Assembly: GCF_026210795.1 (NCBI RefSeq)
Contig: NC_089433.1
Location: 62,001 to 126,000, forward strand
Source: Rhizophagus irregularis
Taxonomy: Eukaryota
DNA: 64,000 nt
Direction of reading: 5' to 3'
The notes under the pieces were generated by a model. It made no database searches. It was not told where the DNA came from and worked only from the letters and a program-made list of their open reading frames with translations. A program made the position numbers and the translations under genes. Shown here piece after piece: positions 58,735 through 64,000 of this stretch (position 1 is the first letter of the stretch; every line of letters starts with the position of its first letter).

Positions 58735-60938
58735 CAGTCAACTCTCTATAATTGCACTCTCCATAACTGCACACCCTTCATAATTGCACCCTTTGGTTCG
58801 GTCCCAACTTTGGGGCTTAATGCTAATTGCACGCCCTCCATACTCTACACGTGCAATGATTTTTTAGTACGATTATATTGTCATATTCTCTATAAATGCA
58901 CGCATGTGACTTTCTGAATCTTCTGAAGTTTTCGAAACTCATATAATAATGCGCAGTATGCGCAGTACGCAGTTTGATTAACATCTCGCATTCTCACTAT
59001 GCCTAAAAAAAACATTTCTTTGTCAGATATTCAGAAATATGAGCTATGTCTTTATGCTCATGATAACAAGAAAACTCAAACTCAGTATGTGGACTGGGCT
59101 GAACAAAAGTGGGGGATCAGAGTTAATGAATCTACAATTACAAGAATCTTGCAAAGTAAAGAGAAACGACTTACTACAAATGTTACAAATCCAGAAGCAA
59201 AACGTCATAAACCCGTTGCTGTCCCGGAGCTTGAACTTACACTTAAAGAATTTGTTTTATGTTATCAGCATAAAACAATTTTAAGTGATGCTATATTAAT
59301 TGAGAAGGCTAAATTACTAGTCAATGAACTGGGAGTTCCTCAAGGAACATTACAAGTTAAACATTTTTTTTAATAATTTATATTTAATAATTTATTATAA
59401 TGTTTATTTAATCATTATTTTGTTATTTATTTATAGTTTTCTAACAGATGGCTCCAAAAATTTAAGGAGCGTAATGGTATTCGTCAAGTAAAGCTTCATG
59501 GAGAGGCAGATTCTGCTAATGAAAATGCTATTGCCGAAGCTTTACCTTTATTACAAAGTAAATGTGCAGAATATCCTCCTGATCGTATCTACAATATGGA
59601 TGAGACAGGCTTTTTTATCGGTATTTAATTTTATATATTATATTTGTAATCTCTTCTCATTACTAATAACTAATACATATTCTTTTAGGTTAGAACCAGA
59701 CCGAACATTAGCCACAAAACGGCTTTCTGGACGTAAAAAAAGTAAGGAACGGCTATCAGTTGCCTTATGTGCAAATGCTGATGGATCACATAAGCTGCCT
59801 CCTTTAATAATTGGTAAATATGCAAATCCACGATGCTTTAAAAATGTTAATATTGGCAATTTGCCAATGTCCTACCGGAATAATGCCAAAGCTTGGATGC
59901 TAGCAACTATTTTTCAAGAGTGGCTTCAGGAATTTGATTATCAAGTTGGCATAAAACATGATAAACAACGTGTTTTGCTGCTTCTTGATAATTGTACAAG
60001 CCATAAAATAAATAATTTAGTTCTTGAAAATGTTGAAGTTTATTTTTTGCCTTCTAATACGACTTCAAAACTTCAACCAATGGATTCTGGAATAATTATG
60101 TCTTTTAAAAAGCATTATCGGCATCATCATATCCGGTAAATTGGGTTTTTTCAAATTTTTTATTGTTTTTGCTACTGTATTGCAAATTTAATATACATAT
60201 TTTTATTTTAGATGGATATTAGAACAAGTTGAAGCAGGCCAGCTTATACAGAATTTAAAAATGAATGTCTTGCAAGCAATTCAATATATTATTCAAGGTT
60301 GGAATGAAGTTACAGCTGATACCATCAAAAACTGTTGGAATCATGTCAAAATCCTTTCAGATGCTATTCCTAGAGATAATGATGAAGATGATGATTCAAA
60401 TATTGACAGTGAACTTAATAGAGCAATTAAAGCTCTTCATTTATCTGATATGATGCAAGTGAAAGAATTTCTAACTATTCCTGAAGAAGATGTAATATAT
60501 GAATTTCTTAATATTTCAGAATTTGATGATATGTTTAAAACTGGGCTTACAGATCATCCAGATGAAGTAGATGATAGTTTTGAAATGGAAATCATTCACA
60601 TCAATGAAGCATTACGAAGCTTGAAAACTGTAAATTTGTTTTTACTTCAACAAGAAAATGCAGGTAAACAAATAAAATTAGCGGGTAAAATTGAGAAATT
60701 TATTAAAAAAAGGAAATTCAATTCAATGCAACAGACTACTATAGATCAATATTTTGTATAAATGTTTTATTTTATAATGATAATAGTTTTAATTGTGTAG
60801 TTTCTAGTAATAATTCATAATAAATAAATGTGTCGTATATATTGATCACGTGATATATATAATTCTATAATTGCACACCCTCTCTAAATGCACGCTTACA
60901 CTCAGTCCCAAGGGTGTGCAATTATGGAGAGTTGACTG
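58735..60938 (+). mobile_element. Full-length pogo/Tigger-family DNA transposon
   Basis: TIR CAGTCAACTCTCTATAATTGCAC / GTGCAATTATGGAGAGTTGACTG; TA TSD. Confidence 0.95.
58999..60761 (+). CDS. pogo/CENP-B-like DDE transposase, 4 exons, one apparent 1-nt deletion
   Basis: Two HTH regions; NMDETG, CANADG, LLLLDN, LQPMDSG. Introns ~59356-59436, 59621-59688, 60137-60211. The T-run at 59611 is one base short for the DETGFFYR frame. Confidence 0.88.
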
Positions 60939-61799
60939 TAAATGATGTTTAATTGCAAAAATAGTTAAATATTATGTTTTTATTTGTTTATTTAAATTAG
61001 ACATTTAATGCTTAATTCTTAATATTATAGTAATCATGTAAATTATTATAACATTAAAAAAAACTTTAAAATTTTTAATTTTAGTTCATTTAACAAGAAA
61101 ATAAAACAAAAATTATTTATTCATAAAAAAATTCTTATTGACTATTAGGTCTATTTACTTTGTTAAGTCATAAATACAAATAGTATAATATGAATAAGTA
61201 AAATATTTTTTTATATATATAAAAAATATCTAAAGTAGTATTAAAATAAAAGATATTTATTGAATATTTAAAAAAAATAAGCAAAAGAATAAGGTTAAAT
61301 AAATTTTCTTAATTTTTATTAGTTTGTTATATTAAAATAACCATATAATTGACTACTTTCTTTAGTTAGATGCAACCGAATAAAGTGAAGTTTTTGACTT
61401 TTAAAAGGTTCAAAAATATTTTTCAAATCTTGAACGAACATGTTTACTATTGTTGGAAAAAATGTTACATTGCATAAATATGGTGTTACCTTTTACCTGA
61501 AAATTTTGATTTTAATGTAATTTGAGCCAGCATTACGAATTCGGCCAGAATTAAGAAAATTTCAGCCAGAATTAAGATCTGAAAATTGTCAATTTTAGCC
61601 ATTTGTACCAACTTTGGCCAACCTTAAGTTTACATATATACTATATGCCATATAGCCATACTGTCCCAATAATTTATATTGAGATATCATAGTACAAAAA
61701 ATCTCCCTCTAATTTTTGGGGACATTTCCACTGATTGTAATGTATTTTTTATATTAAAAATAAAAAAAATAAAAGATCAAAAATTTACTTACTATTACA

Positions 61800-63000
61800 A
61801 ACAATGACAATTGCATCATGAGTATTAATCAAAAATTCATAATATTTAAAATACAGATATTTTCGACATTGCTGAACATTTTGTACTTAATTTACAAAGT
61901 TGATTTACTTAGAGCCAAAGTGCCAAAATTACGCTCTAAAGTTTCAGATCAGGTGTATAAAACATGAAGTCATAAAAACTAATTACGCTATAAGTATCAA
62001 TCAAAAATTCATAATAATTAAGATGTGAGTAGATTTAACAATACTGAACAATTTTCTCTTAATTATTAAGATGACACAGGTCGAAAAGTGAAAAATCAGG
62101 CACCAATCGGTCACCAATCAGGTAGCTGATTGGTGACTGATTGGCATTTTTGCCAAATACCGTCACCAATCAGGCAGTTTGCTAACTTTTGATCCAGTGA
62201 TCAGAAAAGAATGAAATATAGCTCATTGGAATCGTCTCATCAAGACGAATCTAATGGTAGTAAAATCGCATCTCTAGGATTAATAGTTAATAAAAAATTA
62301 AATAAAATATAAATGATACATTTTTATTTTTATATTTTACTTAATTTCTCATCAAGTATTAATCCTAGAAATGCGATTTTACTACCATTAGATTCGTCTT
62401 GTTGAGACGATTCCAATGAGCTATATTTCATTATTTTCTGATCACTGGATCAAAAGTTAGTAAACTGCCTGATTGGTGATGGTATTTGGCAAAAATGCCA
62501 ATCAGGCACCAATCGGTCACCAATCAGGTACCTGATTGGTGACCGATTGGTGACTGATTGATGCCTGATTTTTCACTTTTCGACCTGTGTGATTTACTTA
62601 GATCAAAAGTGCCAAAAATACACTCTGAAGTTGTTGATCAGGTATAAAAAAATTTAAAGATCGAAAATCAGTACTATTACGAATTATGACAGTTGCGTCA
62701 TGGGTATTGACTAAAAATTCATAAAAATTAAAATACAAGTATTTTCGACCTTACTGAACATTTTCACTTAATTTACAAAGTCAATTTACTTAGATCTGAA
62801 GTGCCGAAATTACACTCTAAAGTTGCTGAACGAAATTTAAAGTTAGTTTAATTATAAAAATTAAAGTAGTTACGCCAGTATTAGCAATAAACTTACAAAA
62901 TTTGAGGTTTAGGTAGTTTTGATCTTGCTGAACAATATTCGCTTAATTTACAAAGGCAATTTACTTAGAACTTAAATGAAGAAATTACGCACCAAAAGTT
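61800..63000. repeat. Degenerate ~170-190-bp tandem repeats (same family as 41390-41900)
   Basis: TTTCGACCTTACTGAACATTTTCACTTAATTTACAAAGTCAATTTACTTAG.., about 4 copies, one split by the CACAG element. Confidence 0.75.
62075..62589. mobile_element. CMC/CACTA-like palindromic element (CACAG ends)
   Basis: CACAGGTCGAAAAGTG..CACTTTTCGACCTGTG; 3-bp TSD TGA; near-perfect 515-bp palindrome. Confidence 0.88.
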
Positions 63001-63325
63001 TAATAATATTAAAAAATAATGTAATTTTTCTATTTTTTTGTATTTTATGTAAAACCTATCCAAATAACCTCCATTATAAGTTTAGAAAATCTTTTTCTAC
63101 TCATAAAATTACATATATTTTTGCTTTTAAAACCACATATTTTTTTATATTTCAACTTCAATCTTGAAAAAAGTGCATTTTTAAGAAGAGTTTTTGGTGA
63201 ATTATAAAAAAAAAAATTGTTATTAAAGATCAGAAAATAAGGATAGAAATTGATAGAATTCACATGATAATCTATTAATTTTTTAACTTGTATAAATATA
63301 GTATATTGGAATTTGGCATTTAACT

Positions 63326-63570
63326 TAAAGTTGCTGGAGAAACTAGAAGGTTTTGGCAAGTTGGCAAAATGCTGAAATAGCGAAACTTTGCTGAAACTAT
63401 ATAAAAGTCTTATTAAAAAGTTGGCAAAACTCTGAAGAAAAGTGAAATCTGATAAAACTTATTATAAATGCTGAAACTGCTAAAACTTTGCCAAAACTAT
63501 AATAAAACTATATTAAAATCTTGAAGAAACTAATTGTAGAATTTTAGAAAGATTTAGGCAGGCAACCTTA
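63326..63570. mobile_element. hAT MITE (10386-family)
   Basis: TAAAGTTGC..GGCAACCTTA; perfect TSD ATTTAACT. Confidence 0.9.
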
Positions 63571-64000
63571 ATTTAACTATAAAATAACATAATTTGCTTA
63601 ATGTTACACAAAATAATTTTAATATGAAAATAATCTGCATGTGAACATTTCCAGTGATTGTTAAATTTTATTAAAAAACTTTATTAAATAAAATGCATTG
63701 CTTAGTTTATTATTACATAAAATTATTCAAACATGAATTTTGAATTATAAAAGATCTGAGTTGTTTTAATATGTTTAGGATTCTAAAATATTAAAAAAAA
63801 AGTTAAAAATGTTTTTTTAATAGTTTCAAAATTTTTTTTTAAAACTTACTTATAGGATTCATTAGAACTGATTTCCTATAATAAAATATTGGGGCATACC
63901 AGAAATTAGCTAATTTCTCTTAATTAGTAACCTTAACTTCTACACTCTTATTTGATTGAAATCTGATTGGCTAAAAAAATTATTACTATTAATTGCCAAT

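Overview
Very AT-rich eukaryotic DNA with short GT-AG introns. The gene families (Crinkler-type, SAM-nuclease, lineage-specific secreted and membrane proteins) point to an arbuscular mycorrhizal fungus, probably Rhizophagus-like; this is inferred, not searched. About half the window is mobile DNA, and many element ends could be fixed exactly from TIRs and TSDs. Highlights: (1) an 8.2-kb APE-RT-RNase H LINE with no poly(A) tail, inserted in the first 16-17 bp of a CACTA MITE terminal repeat and duplicating that terminus; it is a candidate transposon-end-targeting LINE (Tx1L/Tx1D-like) and sits in a 4-level nested stack. (2) A 2.7-kb retroposon with poly(A) tail and 15-16-bp TSD encoding only an intact ORF1-like RRM protein (HAL1-like). 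(3) A dead 4.7-kb hAT carrying a Myb/SANT-like gene with an RS/RD-repeat tail, plus three MITEs of its family. Also present: pogo and Tc1/IS630 elements, MULE/CACTA/hAT MITEs, a probable Helitron, a ~4-kb foldback, Crinkler-related genes and pseudogenes, an APH-like kinase, a secreted SOD-like protein and a multi-exon membrane protein gene. No rRNA, tRNA or CRISPR features were recognised.
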